Assembly (NCBI GenBank): GCA_963720545.1
Contig: OY970399.1
Coordinates: 1-64,000 of the forward strand
Origin: an uncultured Acidobacteriota bacterium
GTDB taxonomy: Bacteria; Acidobacteriota; Vicinamibacteria; Fen-336
Direction: 5' to 3'
DNA length: 64,000 nt
The notes below the pieces were generated by a model. That model saw nothing but the letters and a program-made list of their open reading frames with translations, was not told the DNA's origin and searched no databases. Positions within the stretch are counted from its first letter, which is position 1. Each line of letters begins with the position of its first letter. Of this stretch, positions 27,233-39,186 are shown piece after piece. The translations under genes and the position numbers were made by a program.

Positions 27233-28082
27233 TTATGCACTGGCTGCGCCTGATGGCGACTTGACCCCACCCAATAGGGCCACTACCTCGCCGCAGTACA
27301 AGATGATGGATACGGAGACTTCGAGCCAGATCGCCAAAACAATCAGGCCCTCGAGGGTGCCGTAGACGCCGTGCACCCTCGCGATGTTGCGGATGTAGTA
27401 GGCGAAGCCTGCTTTCGCCAGTTCCCAGAGGATCGTGGCGAGGAGAGCACCGCGCAGCGCGGCGCCGGCCGTCACCCAGCGGCGCGGGCCGAGGCGGTAC
27501 AAGAGGAAGAAGAATACGAACGTAATGATGACCGGCAGCAGATACGCGACGAACCAACTCCAAAGTCCCTCGAAAAGGGTCGGCGCGATCGAGAACCGCC
27601 GCAGCGAGCCTTCGATGGCAGCGATCGCGGGTGTGATCGCCACGGTCATCAACATGGCGATGCCGACGACCAGCACGCCGGCGAGCGCCACCAGGTTGCC
27701 GCTCGCGATGTTGCGGCCTGGCACTTCGAACACGGTCTCGAGCGCGCCGAAGAGCGAAACGAAGATGCGCCGCGAGGTCCATGCGAGCAGGATGATCGCC
27801 GGCCAGGTGAAGCGGGTGGAGTTCTCGATGAAGCCGCGCAGCGTCTGCAGCGAGTTCGGGTCCATGTGGATGACGACGCCGCGCAGCAGGTACATGGTCG
27901 CGTCGTAGACCGACTGGTTCTTCGGGCCGAGGAAGCGCATAGCCGGCCGACACCATGAAGGCGAGCATCGGCAGCAGCGAAAGCAGCGTGTAGTAGGCGA
28001 CGGCCGCCGCGCGATCCGGACCCTTGTGCTGCTGGAAGCGCATGAAGGCGCGCCAGGCGACGCGCCCGATATTGCGGATCAC
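27233..28082 (-). pseudogene. YihY/BrkB-family membrane protein with a +1 frameshift at about 27941 (possibly assembly error)
   Basis: AAAVAYYTLLSLLP in one frame, continuing to LWELAKAGFAYY...YGTLEGLIVLAIWL in another. Confidence 0.85.
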
Positions 28083-28130
28083 GCGCGCTTTCGCTCAGTC
28101 ACGGGGCCGAGTCTATAGTCGAGAAACCGC

Positions 28131-29060
28131 ATGGAGTACAAGGACTACTACAAAGTGCTCGGCCTTTCCAAGGGTGCGAGCGACAAGGAAATCAAGGCGG
28201 CGTTCCGGAAGCTTGCCCGCAAGTACCACCCCGACGTGAATCCGGGAGACAAGGCGGCCGAGGCGCGCTTCAAGGAGATCAGCGAGGCGAACGAGGTTCT
28301 CTCCGACAAGGCGAAGCGCCAGAAGTACGACCAGCTCGGCGCCGACTGGCGCAACTACGAGAACGCGCCGGGCGGTTATCCCGGTGGCGCCACTCGCGTG
28401 CAATGGGAGGGCGACTTCGGCGACGAGGGCGGCGGCGGGTTTTCCGACTTCTTCCGCACCTTCTTCACCGGCGCGGCTCGTGGTGGTGGTGGCGGCGGCA
28501 GCTCGTTCGAGGACATGCTGCGCGGAGCGGCGTCGCGTCAGCGTCAGCAGCAGCCAGTCGATGCGCAGATCGACGTCGATGTGACGCTCGAGGAACTGGT
28601 GGCGGGAACCAGCCGCACCGTGCGTATCGGCGACGACAAGAAGGCCCGCACCATCGACGTGAAGATTCCCGCCGGGCTACGCGAAGGATCGCGGGTGCGC
28701 GTCGGCGGGGAAGGCCACGGCCAGGCCGGCGCCAAGGGCGACCTCTATCTCGTGGTGCATGTCCTGCCGCACCCGGCCTTCGAGGTGGCGGGCGACGACC
28801 TCGTCTCGAGCTTCACCGTGCCGCTCTCGACGGCAGTCCTCGGCGGCGAGGCGCAAGTGGCGACGCTCGACGGCACCCTTGGCATCAAGGTGCCTCCCGG
28901 CAGCCCGGTGGGGCGGACCTTTCGCCTGCGCGACAAGGGCCTGCCCAAGCGCGGTGGCGGCCGCGGCGACCTGCGAAGCAAGCTCGGCGTCGAGATCCCG
29001 GGAAGCCTCACCGAGAAGGAGCGGGAGCTCTTCGAACAGTTGAAAGGCCTGGGGCGCTAG
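28131..29060 (+). CDS. cbpA: DnaJ class B chaperone, CbpA-like
   Basis: J domain with HPD, G/F region, DnaJ C-terminal domain, no zinc finger. Confidence 0.88.
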   Translation: MEYKDYYKVLGLSKGASDKEIKAAFRKLARKYHPDVNPGDKAAEARFKEISEANEVLSDKAKRQKYDQLGADWRNYENAPGGYPGGATRVQWEGDFGDEGGGGFSDFFRTFFTGAARGGGGGGSSFEDMLRGAASRQRQQQPVDAQIDVDVTLEELVAGTSRTVRIGDDKKARTIDVKIPAGLREGSRVRVGGEGHGQAGAKGDLYLVVHVLPHPAFEVAGDDLVSSFTVPLSTAVLGGEAQVATLDGTLGIKVPPGSPVGRTFRLRDKGLPKRGGGRGDLRSKLGVEIPGSLTEKERELFEQLKGLGR

Positions 29061-29099
29061 CGTCGGGCGTTACGGGCATCACAGGCCCGCAAAGTTCCC

Positions 29100-29127
29100 T
29101 TGAAAATCCCCGGCGCTTCGCTATATT
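29100..29127 (+). promoter_or_regulatory. Sigma70-type promoter of the csgG-like gene
   Basis: TTGAAA-16 bp-TATATT. Confidence 0.5.
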
Positions 29128-29176
29128 GCACAGCGACGACCCCCCTTGTCTACGTACCTTTGGAGGCAGCTAAGAG

Positions 29177-29857
29177 ATGAAGAGCAGAGTTGCAGCGGCC
29201 CTTTTCGCGCCCCTGGCCGTGGCGCTTCTGGCCGTTCCGGCCGCCGCCCAGTCGAAGCGGGTATCCGTCGCGGTCATGGATTTCGACTACGGCACCGTCA
29301 ACAACTGGTGGGGCCAGTACGACATCGGCAAGGGCATGGCCGACCAGGTCGTGGACGAGCTGGTGAACGAGGGCACCTTCCGCGTCATCGAGCGCAAGAA
29401 GCTCGACACCATCCTCGCCGAGCAGGACTTCGCCGGCAGCGACCGCGCCGACCCGAGCGCCGCCAAGCTCGCCAAGGTGGGCAAGGTGCTGGGCGTCAAG
29501 TACATCATCTCCGGCTCCATCACCAAGTTCGGCGGTGAAGAGAAGAACATCGGCGGCGGCGGGTTCGGCGGCCGGTTCCTCGGCGGCGCCGGGGTCAAGA
29601 AGGCGAAGACCGAAGTCACGCTGACCGCGCGCATGATCGACGCCACCACCGGCGAGATCGTGATGTCGAGCAAGGGCGAGGGCCTGTCCACCAAGGGCGG
29701 CGGGCTCAAGCTCGGCGCCATCGGCGGCGGCGTCGGCGGCGGCTTCAGCATGAGCTCCGACAACTACCGCGACAGCGCGATTGGCGAGGCCCAGGAGAAG
29801 GCCTGTGCCGACCTCGTGGCCAAGTTCGTCGCCAAGGCGGGCCGCCTCGAGAACTAG
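29177..29857 (+). CDS. CsgG/HfaB family protein
   Basis: VAVMDF, FRVIERKKLDTILAEQ, YIISGSITKFG, ARMIDATTGEI; signal peptide. Confidence 0.85.
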   Translation: MKSRVAAALFAPLAVALLAVPAAAQSKRVSVAVMDFDYGTVNNWWGQYDIGKGMADQVVDELVNEGTFRVIERKKLDTILAEQDFAGSDRADPSAAKLAKVGKVLGVKYIISGSITKFGGEEKNIGGGGFGGRFLGGAGVKKAKTEVTLTARMIDATTGEIVMSSKGEGLSTKGGGLKLGAIGGGVGGGFSMSSDNYRDSAIGEAQEKACADLVAKFVAKAGRLEN

Positions 29858-29882
29858 TTCGCCGCCAGTCTGGTAACTTCAT

Positions 29883-29914
29883 GGGCCGCGGGGCTGTTCA
29901 CCGCGGCCCTTTTT
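29883..29914 (+). terminator. Intrinsic terminator
   Basis: GGGCCGCGG/CCGCGGCCC stem followed by TTTTT. Confidence 0.7.
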
Positions 29915-29915
29915 C

Positions 29916-30482
29916 ATGCCCTCGACTCCGCTACTCACGGTCGCGAACCAGCTCACCATCTCGCGCATGGCGCTCACGCCGGTGCTGGTGCTGTTCATCT
30001 TCAACGGCCAGTTCAAGTGGGCGTTCTGGACCTTCGTCGCCGCCGGCCTCACCGATGCGCTCGACGGCGCCATCGCGCGCTTCGGCAACCAGCGCACGTC
30101 GCTTGGCGCCATGCTCGACCCGGTCGCCGACAAGCTGCTGCTGTCGTCGTCGTTCCTGGTGCTCACCTGGGCCGACGTGGTGGTGCGCAAGATCCCCGTG
30201 TGGCTCACGGTCACGGCTCTGAGCCGCGACGCGATCATCCTCATCAGCGTCGCCGTCATCAACCTGGCGTTGGGCCACCGCCTGTTCCTGCCGTCGCTGC
30301 TCGGCAAGGTGTGCACCTTCCTGCAGGTCGCGACCGCGGCGCTCGTGATCTACGCGAACGCCTTCGGCCTGCGCGACGGAATTCTGGCGCCGCTCTACTG
30401 GGTCACCGCCTTTGTCACCACCACGTCCGCCATTCACTACGTGTACCTCGCCTCCACCAGCCGCGAGGGGACGCCGTCGTGA
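29916..30482 (+). CDS. pgsA: CDP-alcohol phosphatidyltransferase
   Basis: ANQLTISR, TDALDGAIAR...TSLGAMLDPVADK signature. Confidence 0.85.
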   Translation: MPSTPLLTVANQLTISRMALTPVLVLFIFNGQFKWAFWTFVAAGLTDALDGAIARFGNQRTSLGAMLDPVADKLLLSSSFLVLTWADVVVRKIPVWLTVTALSRDAIILISVAVINLALGHRLFLPSLLGKVCTFLQVATAALVIYANAFGLRDGILAPLYWVTAFVTTTSAIHYVYLASTSREGTPS

Positions 30483-31605
30483 GCGAGTCCGTGCGGTCTC
30501 GTGCTTCCCGTTGGCGCGGCGCGCTGCTCATCGCTGCCTTCGCAGCGCTGGTGCTGCTCCTCTACCTGCTGCGTGACATCGCGACACCGTTCTTCCTCGC
30601 CTTTGCGCTCGCGTACCTGCTGAACCCGGCGGCCAACCGGCTCGAGGGCTTGTTCGCGCGGCTGCTGCCGTCGCGCGGCCTGTTCGCGAAGGTTCACCCG
30701 CGCAGCCTCGCCGTTGCCGTCCTCGCGTTCGTGGCGCTGCTCGTGTTCCTGGCGGTGGTGCTGTTCGTGATCCCGGCGCTCTACAACCAGCTGGCCGAGG
30801 CGGTGGCGAAGCTGCCCGACTACCTCAACAGCCTGCGCACCCGCCTCGATCCGATGATCGAACGGCTCAACATGCGTTTCCCGCAGGAGAGCGCCGAGGT
30901 GCGCACGCGCTTCCAGGAGCTGGTGCGCACGCACGTGCTCGACGTCGGCAAGCGCGTCTCCGACCTGCTCGGAGCCACCTTCGTCAGCGCCTTCACGCTG
31001 CTGCTCGCCATGCTGCACCTGCTGATCGTGCCGGTGTTCGGCATCTTCCTGCTGTTCGACATGAACCACATCAAGGACGGCGCCGTCGACTGGGTGCCGC
31101 CGCGCCACCGCGACTACGTGGCGACGCGGCTCGCGCAGGTGGACACGGTGCTTGGCGCCTTCGTGCGCGGGCTCGTCACAGTGTGCGCGATCATGGGCAC
31201 GATCTACGCCGTCGGCTTCACTTTCATCGGCGTGCCGATGGGGCTGCTGGTGGGCGTTGCCGTCGGCTTCTTCAACGTGGTGCCGTTCATGTCGTACGCG
31301 CTCGGCATGCCGCTGGCGCTCCTGCTCTCGTGGCTCGACGACCAGAACCCGCAGCGGCTGCTGGCGATCTTCGCCATCTGCTCGGTGGGCCAGTTCGTCG
31401 AGGCCAACTGGATCACGCCCAAGGTGGTGGGTGACAAGCTCGGCGTGCACGCGGTCATCATCCTGATTTCGGTGCTCATCGGCGGCAGCCTGTTCGGCGT
31501 GCTCGGCATGCTCCTGGCACTGCCGGCGACCGCGGCGCTGTCGGTCTTCTGGCCCGACATCGAAGACGCGTACCGGCGCAGCCGGTTCTACCGGGGCGCC
31601 GCCGA

Positions 31606-31609
<4 letters not shown>
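30479..31609 (+). CDS. AI-2E (UPF0118/PerM) family transporter
   Basis: [48 protein letters not shown]. Confidence 0.88.
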
Positions 31610-32551
<942 letters not shown>

Positions 32552-32562
<11 letters not shown>

Positions 32563-33991
32563 GGTGTTGTCCGAACCCCCTGAAGAGAGTGAGGATGAGG
32601 ATCTTCATGTCCAGCACCAGCGACCAGTTCTCGATGTAGTAGAGGTCGTACTCGATGCGCTTCTCGATCGAGGTGTTGCCGCGCCACCCGTGCACCTGCG
32701 CCCAGCCGGTGATGCCCGTCTTCACACGGTGGCGCAGCATGTACTGTGGAATCTTCTCCTTGAACTCCTGGACGAAGGGTGGCCGCTCCGGGCGCGGGCC
32801 CACCAGACTCATGTCACCGAGCACCACGTTGATGAGCTGCGGGAACTCGTCCACGTTGTACTTGCGGAGCCACGCGCCGATCGTGGTGCGGCGCGGGTCG
32901 TCCGCGGTCGCCCACACCGGCCCGGTTTCCTTCTCGGCGTCGTGGCTCATCGAGCGGAATTTCCACATCATGAAGGTCTTGCCGTCGAGGCTCATGCGCT
33001 CCTGGCGGAAGAACACCGGGCCCGGCCCGCCCTTGAGGCGGATGAGCACGGCGATCACCGCGAACGGAACCGCCAGCAGCAGCAGCAGGGCGGTGCCGAG
33101 CACGATGTCCATGGCCCGTTTCGCAAGGCTGTACCACCCGCGCAGCGGCACCTCGTTGAGCGCCACGATCGGCACGCCGTCTAGGTCCTCGAGGCTCGCC
33201 CGCAGCGTCGCGTATTGCAGCAGGTCGGGCACCACGCGCACGTCCACGTACTCGTTCGTCACCAGGCGGATGAGGTCGAGGAGCCGGCCGTGGTCCTCGA
33301 GCGGCAGGGCGACGTAGATCTGGTCGACACCATGCTCCGCGATGACGCGCGAGGTGTCGGCGAAGCCGCCGAGGATCGGCAGGCTGGTGCCTGTGTGCGG
33401 TGTGTCGTCCACGAAACCGACGACACGGTAGCCGAGGTCGCGGTGCGCCACCAGCTTGTCGGCCACCGTGCGGCCCAGCTCGCCGGCACCGGCCACCAGC
33501 ACCCGCGTGGTGTTGTAGCCCGCCGCCCACAGCCGCTCGAGGTAACGCCGCAGCGAGTAGCGGCCGAGCGTCAGGGCCGCGACGTCGAGAACGAAGAACA
33601 GGACGAACACGGCCTGGCTGTACTCCCAGAGCGGCGCCACATCCGGGCCGAAGCGGTGATAGACGCGCACGTACAACGTGAAGGCAAGGAGCGCCGCGGC
33701 GCCGAGCGCCACGCTGAAAACGATCGCGAACAGCTCGTCGACGCGGCTGCGCGTGCGCTTGATCTGGTAGAGGCCGTGGAAATAGAGGATGGCGGGCCAC
33801 GCCAGCACGATCACGGGCACCAGCAGCAGGTAGCGCGACAGCTCCGGGACGCCCTTGGTGACCGGCAGCAAGGCCGTGATGAAGGGTGCCTCGAAGCGCA
33901 GGATGTAGGCGAGGAGCCACGCGAGCACCGTGGACACGAGGTCCACGACCACGAAGATGGTGACGATGCGGCTCGTCTGAAACCTCAGCAT
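32552..33991 (-). CDS. wcaJ: Undecaprenyl-phosphate glucose phosphotransferase
   Basis: N-terminal TMs, CoA-binding-like domain, [39 protein letters not shown]. Confidence 0.9.
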
Positions 33992-35088
33992 TTGGAGTCG
34001 GCGAACGCCCGGAAACGGGCCTCGAACACGGGCACGTCGAACTGCTCGGCCCGCGCGCGTAACGCCACCGGGTCGAATTGTAGCCGGTCCAGCCGTTCCA
34101 CCGTTTGCCGCAGCGCCTGCGGGGTTGCCTCGCGAAACACCAGGCCGGTCTCGTCCTCGACCACACTCTCCGGGCCGCCGCCCTCGCCAAACACCACCGC
34201 AGGGCGAGCGCAGGCCATCGCCTCCAGCGGCACGATGCCGAAGTCTTCGACGCTCGCCATGATGACGGCGCGGCAGCCGCGGTAAGCGTCGCGCAGGCGC
34301 ACGTCGTCGAGATAGCCGGTGAACTCCGCCTCGCTCGGCGCCATGCGCCGCAGGCGCGCTTCCTCGGCGGGCGTGCCCTTGCCGACAATCTTCAGCCTGC
34401 GGCCGGTGCCGCGGTACGCCTCGAGGATGAGCTCGGTGCGCTTGTACGGCACGAGTGCCGTGACCACCAGGTCGTAGTCGCCAGGTGGCGAGCCGTCCGG
34501 CGTGAAGAATGCGGCGTCGACCGGCGGCTCGATCACCTCAGCCGTGCGCTGGTAGTAGCGCTGGATGCGCGCCGCAACGTACTTGCTGTTGGCGACGAAA
34601 TGGTGCACGCGGTTCGCGGTCGCCGCGTCCCAGCGACGCAGCGCCGCCGCCACCGGCCGCGCCACCGCGCGCGTCAGTGGTCCAGCACGTTCCGAGCCGA
34701 AGTAGTCGTCGAAGCGGTCCCACACGTAGCGCATCGGCGTGTGGCAATAGCAGATGTGCACGGCGCCCGGCGCCACCTTGACGCTCTTGACGACGCAGTG
34801 CGAGCTGGAGATGACGAGGCGGTAGGGCGACATGTCCATGGTCGCGACCGCGGCGGGGAAGAGCGGCAGGTAGCTGCGGTAGCGGCTCGCGGCCTTGGGC
34901 AGGTGCTGCACGAAGGTGGTGCGGATGTCGCGCGCCTCGAGGTCGGGCGTGAGCGCGCCCGGCACCCGCAGCAGTGTGTGGATCGGCGCCGCGGGGTAGA
35001 GGCGCGCGAGCGAGCGCAGCACCTTCTCGCCACCGCGCATGCCGGTGAGCCAGTCGTGGACCAGGGCGGCGGCGCGAGGTTCGCTCAC
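33985..35088 (-). CDS. Glycosyltransferase family 4
   Basis: HDWLTGMRGGEKV, CYCHTPMRY.WD, EDFGIVPLEAMA. Confidence 0.92.
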   Translation of the reverse strand: MSEPRAAALVHDWLTGMRGGEKVLRSLARLYPAAPIHTLLRVPGALTPDLEARDIRTTFVQHLPKAASRYRSYLPLFPAAVATMDMSPYRLVISSSHCVVKSVKVAPGAVHICYCHTPMRYVWDRFDDYFGSERAGPLTRAVARPVAAALRRWDAATANRVHHFVANSKYVAARIQRYYQRTAEVIEPPVDAAFFTPDGSPPGDYDLVVTALVPYKRTELILEAYRGTGRRLKIVGKGTPAEEARLRRMAPSEAEFTGYLDDVRLRDAYRGCRAVIMASVEDFGIVPLEAMACARPAVVFGEGGGPESVVEDETGLVFREATPQALRQTVERLDRLQFDPVALRARAEQFDVPVFEARFRAFADSKC

Positions 35089-35128
35089 GCCGCCTGTTCT
35101 AGCCTATGTGCCGCTGCGGCCGTGAACC

Positions 35129-38100
35129 CTAGCGGCCGAACAGGTAGCGGACGCCGAGCTGCACTTCGCGGCCCGAGAAGAACTCGGTCGGCTTGCCGAA
35201 GTCGGCGCCCGAGACGTTGGTCACGTTGAGGACGTTGTCGGTGTTGAAGACGTTGAAGGCTTCGGCGAGCACCGAGAGGGAGTTGCGCCCGGCGACCTTG
35301 AACACCTTCTCGAGGCGCAGGTCGAGGTTGCGGAACGCCTTGGTGCGGAAGTTGTTGCGCGGCACGGCGGTGTCGCGCTGGTCCACCAGGCCGTCGCCGT
35401 CGAGGTCCTGGATGCCGCGCGGGTTGAAGGCGAGACCGCTGCGCCACACGAAGATGCCGGAGAGGTTGATGTCGAGCGGCAGCGTGACCACTCCGCTCGC
35501 GACCAGGTTGTGCGGCACCGACTGGTTCGACGGGCCGAAGTCTTTCTCGGGGTTGTTGTTGTCGCTGAAGGTCGAGCCGACGTTGCCCGAGAGCAGGTTG
35601 TCCTTGGCGCTCGAGTAGGTGTACGACACGAGGAACGCGTACCGCTTGCTGTAGCGCTTCTGCAGCGCCACGGCGACGCCGTCGTATTCGATGCGGCCTT
35701 CGTACCCCACCTGGTCGATGCGGGGGCCGCCGTCCGTCGTCTTGCCGAAGTTGGGATCGCCCTGCTGCGCCGGGAACAGGTTGACGATGCGCCGCGTCAA
35801 CAGGTCCTTGCTGCGGCGGTGCACGTAGGTGGCCGAGATGCCGATGTCGTCGGTCAGCTTCTGGTCGATGCCCACCGTGAAGGCGTTGGTCACCGGGGTC
35901 TTGTCCTCGCTGTAGCGCGAGATCGAGCGGCTGCCGCTCAACGGCCCGCGCGGGAAGAACGAGAGCACGCGGTTGCCGAGGATCGAGCCGCCGGGGACGT
36001 CGAAGAACTCGAAGTCGGTGCCGGCGTAGGTGGTCTCGAGCCGCTGAATCGCCTGCGCAGGCGTCAGGCCGCTGAGGCTCTGGATGTTGTCGGCGGTGAC
36101 CACCGGCGGCGCGCCGGGGTTCGGCACCGCGATGCCGAGCAGCTTGTAGAGCGCCAACGGATCGTTGCGCAGGTCGCTCGCGAACCTGGCGTAGAGCGGG
36201 TTCTCCGCGGGCGAGCGCAGACCGCCGCCGATGGGGAAGCCGGAGGTGATGACGAGGTCGATGAGCGTGTCGGTGTAGTCCGAGCCGAGCCGCGGCAGCG
36301 CCACGTCGAACGCCGACGTCGAGAAGATGCCGCCCTTCTCGGGCACCGTGGCGGCCGCGGTCAGCAGGTTGCGGTCGTTGAAGCGGCCCCAGTTCGCCTT
36401 CAGGATGGTGCTCTGCTTGCCGCTCAGGTCATAGGCGAAGCCGAGGCGCGGACCGAAGTTGTCGGTGTCGCCGCTGAACAGGCTGGAGCGGTCGTAGCGC
36501 AGGCCGCCGTTCACGGTGAGGCGGTCGTTGACCTTGAGGCGGTCCTGCACGAAACCGCCCCAGGTCTTGTCCTTGATGTCCACGTCGAGCGTCTGGCCCG
36601 GGGGCGGGAACGCGAGGAAGAAGCGCGCCGCCGACTGCTGGAAGCCGAGGCGCTGGAAGAGCGCGGCATTGTCGGCGGCCGCGGTCGGCGAGAGGAAGGC
36701 GCCGGAGTACTCGACGTCGTTGACGACGCTGTCGGAGCCGTCCACCGCCACGCTGCTCCAGTCCCAGCCGGCCTTCAGCTCGTGGTTGCCGCCGAAGCCG
36801 CTCTTCACCCACGAGAGGTTCTGCGCCAGCTCGAAGTTGCGGGTGTTGCGCACGTTGGTACCGCCGAACGGCGCGCCCGTCTGCAGGAAGCCGCTCGCGA
36901 GCAGCAGCAGCAGCGGCTCGGCGCGCTCGGTGCGGTCGAGGTTCTGGCCGACCTTGCCCTTGATGAAGGTGGCCGAGCTCTCGAGGAACACCTGCGGCGA
37001 GAGGATGGCGGTGTGGCGCAGGATCCCGCTGTTGGCCTTGCGGGTGGCGTCGGCCGCCGCGCTCGGCAGTGCGACGGTGCCGGACACCGGCGAGCTGATG
37101 GCGCCCGAGCGGTCCTCGTCGCTGCGGTTCAGCTGCAGGAACAGGCGGTTGTTCGAGTTGAGGTTGTAGTCGAACTTCAGCATGCCGTTGAAGCGGTCGG
37201 TCTTGGGGGCGATGCCGAAGTCCTCGGCGCCGCCAGGCGTTGCGATGCCGCTCTTGACGAAGTCGGGGATGGTCGCCTGGTTGATGTTGACGCCGCGCTT
37301 TTCGTCGAGCAGCTCGAAGGTGCCGAAGAAGAACGCCTTGTCCTTCTTGATGGGGCCGCCGAGGCTGGCGCCGTACTGGTAGCGGCTCAGCTCGGGCGGA
37401 TCCTGGTCGGGCACGTTCGACGAGTCGAACGAGTCGTTGCGCGCGAACAGGAACGCGCTGCCCTGGAACAGGTTGCTGCCGGAGCGCGTGACGATGTTGG
37501 CGACGCCGCCCTGGGCGCGGCCGAACTGCGCCTCGTAGCCGGTGGTGATGACCTCGAATTCCTGGATCGAGTCCTGGGTGTAGCGAATGAACGGGCCGCC
37601 GTTCAGGGGATCGTTGTTGTTGCCGCCGTCCACGAGGTAGGAGGTTGCCGAGGCGCGCTCGCCGAACACCGACACCTGGTCGAGGGCGCCGCCCTGCTGG
37701 TCGCCGCTCACCGGCGTCGCGCCGGGCACGAGGCGGACGAGGTCCACGAACTCGCGGCCGTTCAGTGGCAGCGAGTCGATGGTCTGCTGGGTGATGCGGT
37801 TCGCGACGGCGGAGCGCTCGACGTCGATGACCGGCGCCGACGACACCACGTCCACCGCTTCCTCGACGCCCGCCGGCGACAGGCCGAACTCGACGCGCGT
37901 GTCGGCATCGATCGCCACTTCGACGCCGCGCTTCGTCTGGCGGCCGAAGCCGGCACTCTCGGCGCTCACTTCATAGCGGCCGGGCGGCAGCGAGGCGAAG
38001 CGGTAGGTGCCTTCGTCGCTGGTCGTGGCCTTGCGGCCGTCCGTGGGCAGGTTGCCGCCGCGCACCGTCACGCTGGCGCCGCTCAGCACCGCACCGCTCG

Positions 38101-38206
38101 AGTCGCGCACCGTGCCGGCGATGGTGCCGGTGATCTGCGCGCTCGCGCCAGGGATGAAACTCAGGGACAGGGCCACTGCGGCCAGGGCGGTCAACAATCG
38201 TTGCAT
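35129..38206 (-). CDS. TonB-dependent receptor, Oar-like, with carboxypeptidase-regulatory N-domain
   Basis: Signal peptide, GTVRDSSGAVL.GA.V, LPLNGR.F..L, TRSGSN.FQG, NFGPRLGFAYD, C-terminal REVQLGVRYLF. Confidence 0.92.
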   Translation of the reverse strand: MQRLLTALAAVALSLSFIPGASAQITGTIAGTVRDSSGAVLSGASVTVRGGNLPTDGRKATTSDEGTYRFASLPPGRYEVSAESAGFGRQTKRGVEVAIDADTRVEFGLSPAGVEEAVDVVSSAPVIDVERSAVANRITQQTIDSLPLNGREFVDLVRLVPGATPVSGDQQGGALDQVSVFGERASATSYLVDGGNNNDPLNGGPFIRYTQDSIQEFEVITTGYEAQFGRAQGGVANIVTRSGSNLFQGSAFLFARNDSFDSSNVPDQDPPELSRYQYGASLGGPIKKDKAFFFGTFELLDEKRGVNINQATIPDFVKSGIATPGGAEDFGIAPKTDRFNGMLKFDYNLNSNNRLFLQLNRSDEDRSGAISSPVSGTVALPSAAADATRKANSGILRHTAILSPQVFLESSATFIKGKVGQNLDRTERAEPLLLLLASGFLQTGAPFGGTNVRNTRNFELAQNLSWVKSGFGGNHELKAGWDWSSVAVDGSDSVVNDVEYSGAFLSPTAAADNAALFQRLGFQQSAARFFLAFPPPGQTLDVDIKDKTWGGFVQDRLKVNDRLTVNGGLRYDRSSLFSGDTDNFGPRLGFAYDLSGKQSTILKANWGRFNDRNLLTAAATVPEKGGIFSTSAFDVALPRLGSDYTDTLIDLVITSGFPIGGGLRSPAENPLYARFASDLRNDPLALYKLLGIAVPNPGAPPVVTADNIQSLSGLTPAQAIQRLETTYAGTDFEFFDVPGGSILGNRVLSFFPRGPLSGSRSISRYSEDKTPVTNAFTVGIDQKLTDDIGISATYVHRRSKDLLTRRIVNLFPAQQGDPNFGKTTDGGPRIDQVGYEGRIEYDGVAVALQKRYSKRYAFLVSYTYSSAKDNLLSGNVGSTFSDNNNPEKDFGPSNQSVPHNLVASGVVTLPLDINLSGIFVWRSGLAFNPRGIQDLDGDGLVDQRDTAVPRNNFRTKAFRNLDLRLEKVFKVAGRNSLSVLAEAFNVFNTDNVLNVTNVSGADFGKPTEFFSGREVQLGVRYLFGR

Positions 38207-38286
38207 TGGACAGGCGCCTCCGTTGGGGCGGATTCTCCACTGCGCATGACGAACGTGCAACGGCAATGCGTCAGCGGTGCTCCAAA

Positions 38287-39186
38287 CTATTGTTCGAGGA
38301 ACTGGAGCAAGTCGCGCGCGAAGCGCTGCGGCTCTTCCCAGTGGAGCGCATGGCCGGTGTCCGGGTAGACGATGAGGCGCGAGCCGGCGATGCCGGCGAG
38401 CAACCCGTCCTGGTCGGCGCGCGTCAACATCGCGTCCTTGTCGCCCCACACCAGGAGCGTCTTCGCCTTGATGCGCGCGAGCCGCGGACCGGGCTCGCTG
38501 CCGCCGAAGTCTCGGCCCAGCTCGTTCCAGACCCGTGCCGGCACACGCAGCACCTCGCCGATCATCGTCTCGAGGAACAGCGGCGGCAGCGGCTTCCAGG
38601 CGGTGCCGGCCTGGAAGTCGCGCGCGAACGCCTCGGGCACCGGGTCCTTGATGCTCGCGAACATCTGGCTCAACTCGGACGGCGTCTCCTCCTTGCGCGG
38701 GCCGCCGGGTCCGGAACCGACCAGCACCAGCCGCGTGATCCGCCGGCCGGCATCGGCGTCGTTCTGCGCCACCTCCTGCGCCACGAAGCTGCCGAGCGAG
38801 TGGCCGACCAGGCACACGTCCTTCATGTCCTGTTCGGCGATGAGGTCGCTGATGTCCTGCGCCATGTCCTTGCGGCTGAACCCGGTCGCCGGCTTGTCGC
38901 TCAGGCCATGCCCGCGCAAGGTGACGGCATAGACGCGGTACTTCGCCGGCAGCGACGGCAGCACCAGGTCCCACGAATGCCACGAGTCACCGACGCCGTG
39001 CAGCAGCACCACCTTCGGCCCGGCGGGATCGCCCTGGGTGACGACGTGCAGGGTGATGCCCGACTTCAGCTTCACCATGGACGCCGTTTGCGGAGCGGCG
39101 GCGTCCGCCGGCGCCGCGGCCGCCACGATCAGGGCCAATGCGGCTGCGAGAAAAACTCTGGTCTTGCTTGGCTTTGGCGTTGTCAT
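38287..39186 (-). CDS. Secreted alpha/beta hydrolase
   Basis: Signal peptide, LLHG, LRGHGLS, GHSLGS, WGDKD, GHALHWEEP. Confidence 0.88.
   Translation of the reverse strand: MTTPKPSKTRVFLAAALALIVAAAAPADAAAPQTASMVKLKSGITLHVVTQGDPAGPKVVLLHGVGDSWHSWDLVLPSLPAKYRVYAVTLRGHGLSDKPATGFSRKDMAQDISDLIAEQDMKDVCLVGHSLGSFVAQEVAQNDADAGRRITRLVLVGSGPGGPRKEETPSELSQMFASIKDPVPEAFARDFQAGTAWKPLPPLFLETMIGEVLRVPARVWNELGRDFGGSEPGPRLARIKAKTLLVWGDKDAMLTRADQDGLLAGIAGSRLIVYPDTGHALHWEEPQRFARDLLQFLEQ

Noticed and set aside
35510..38368. 952-aa plus-strand ORF and similar long antisense ORFs (e.g. 45660-47663, 49079-51070)
   Set aside because: Shadow ORFs typical of high-GC DNA, opposite well-supported genes and without recognisable motifs
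35129..38983. 1284-aa receptor with an N-terminal extension
   Set aside because: The extension is an off-frame read of the hydrolase gene; the signal peptide starts at 38206
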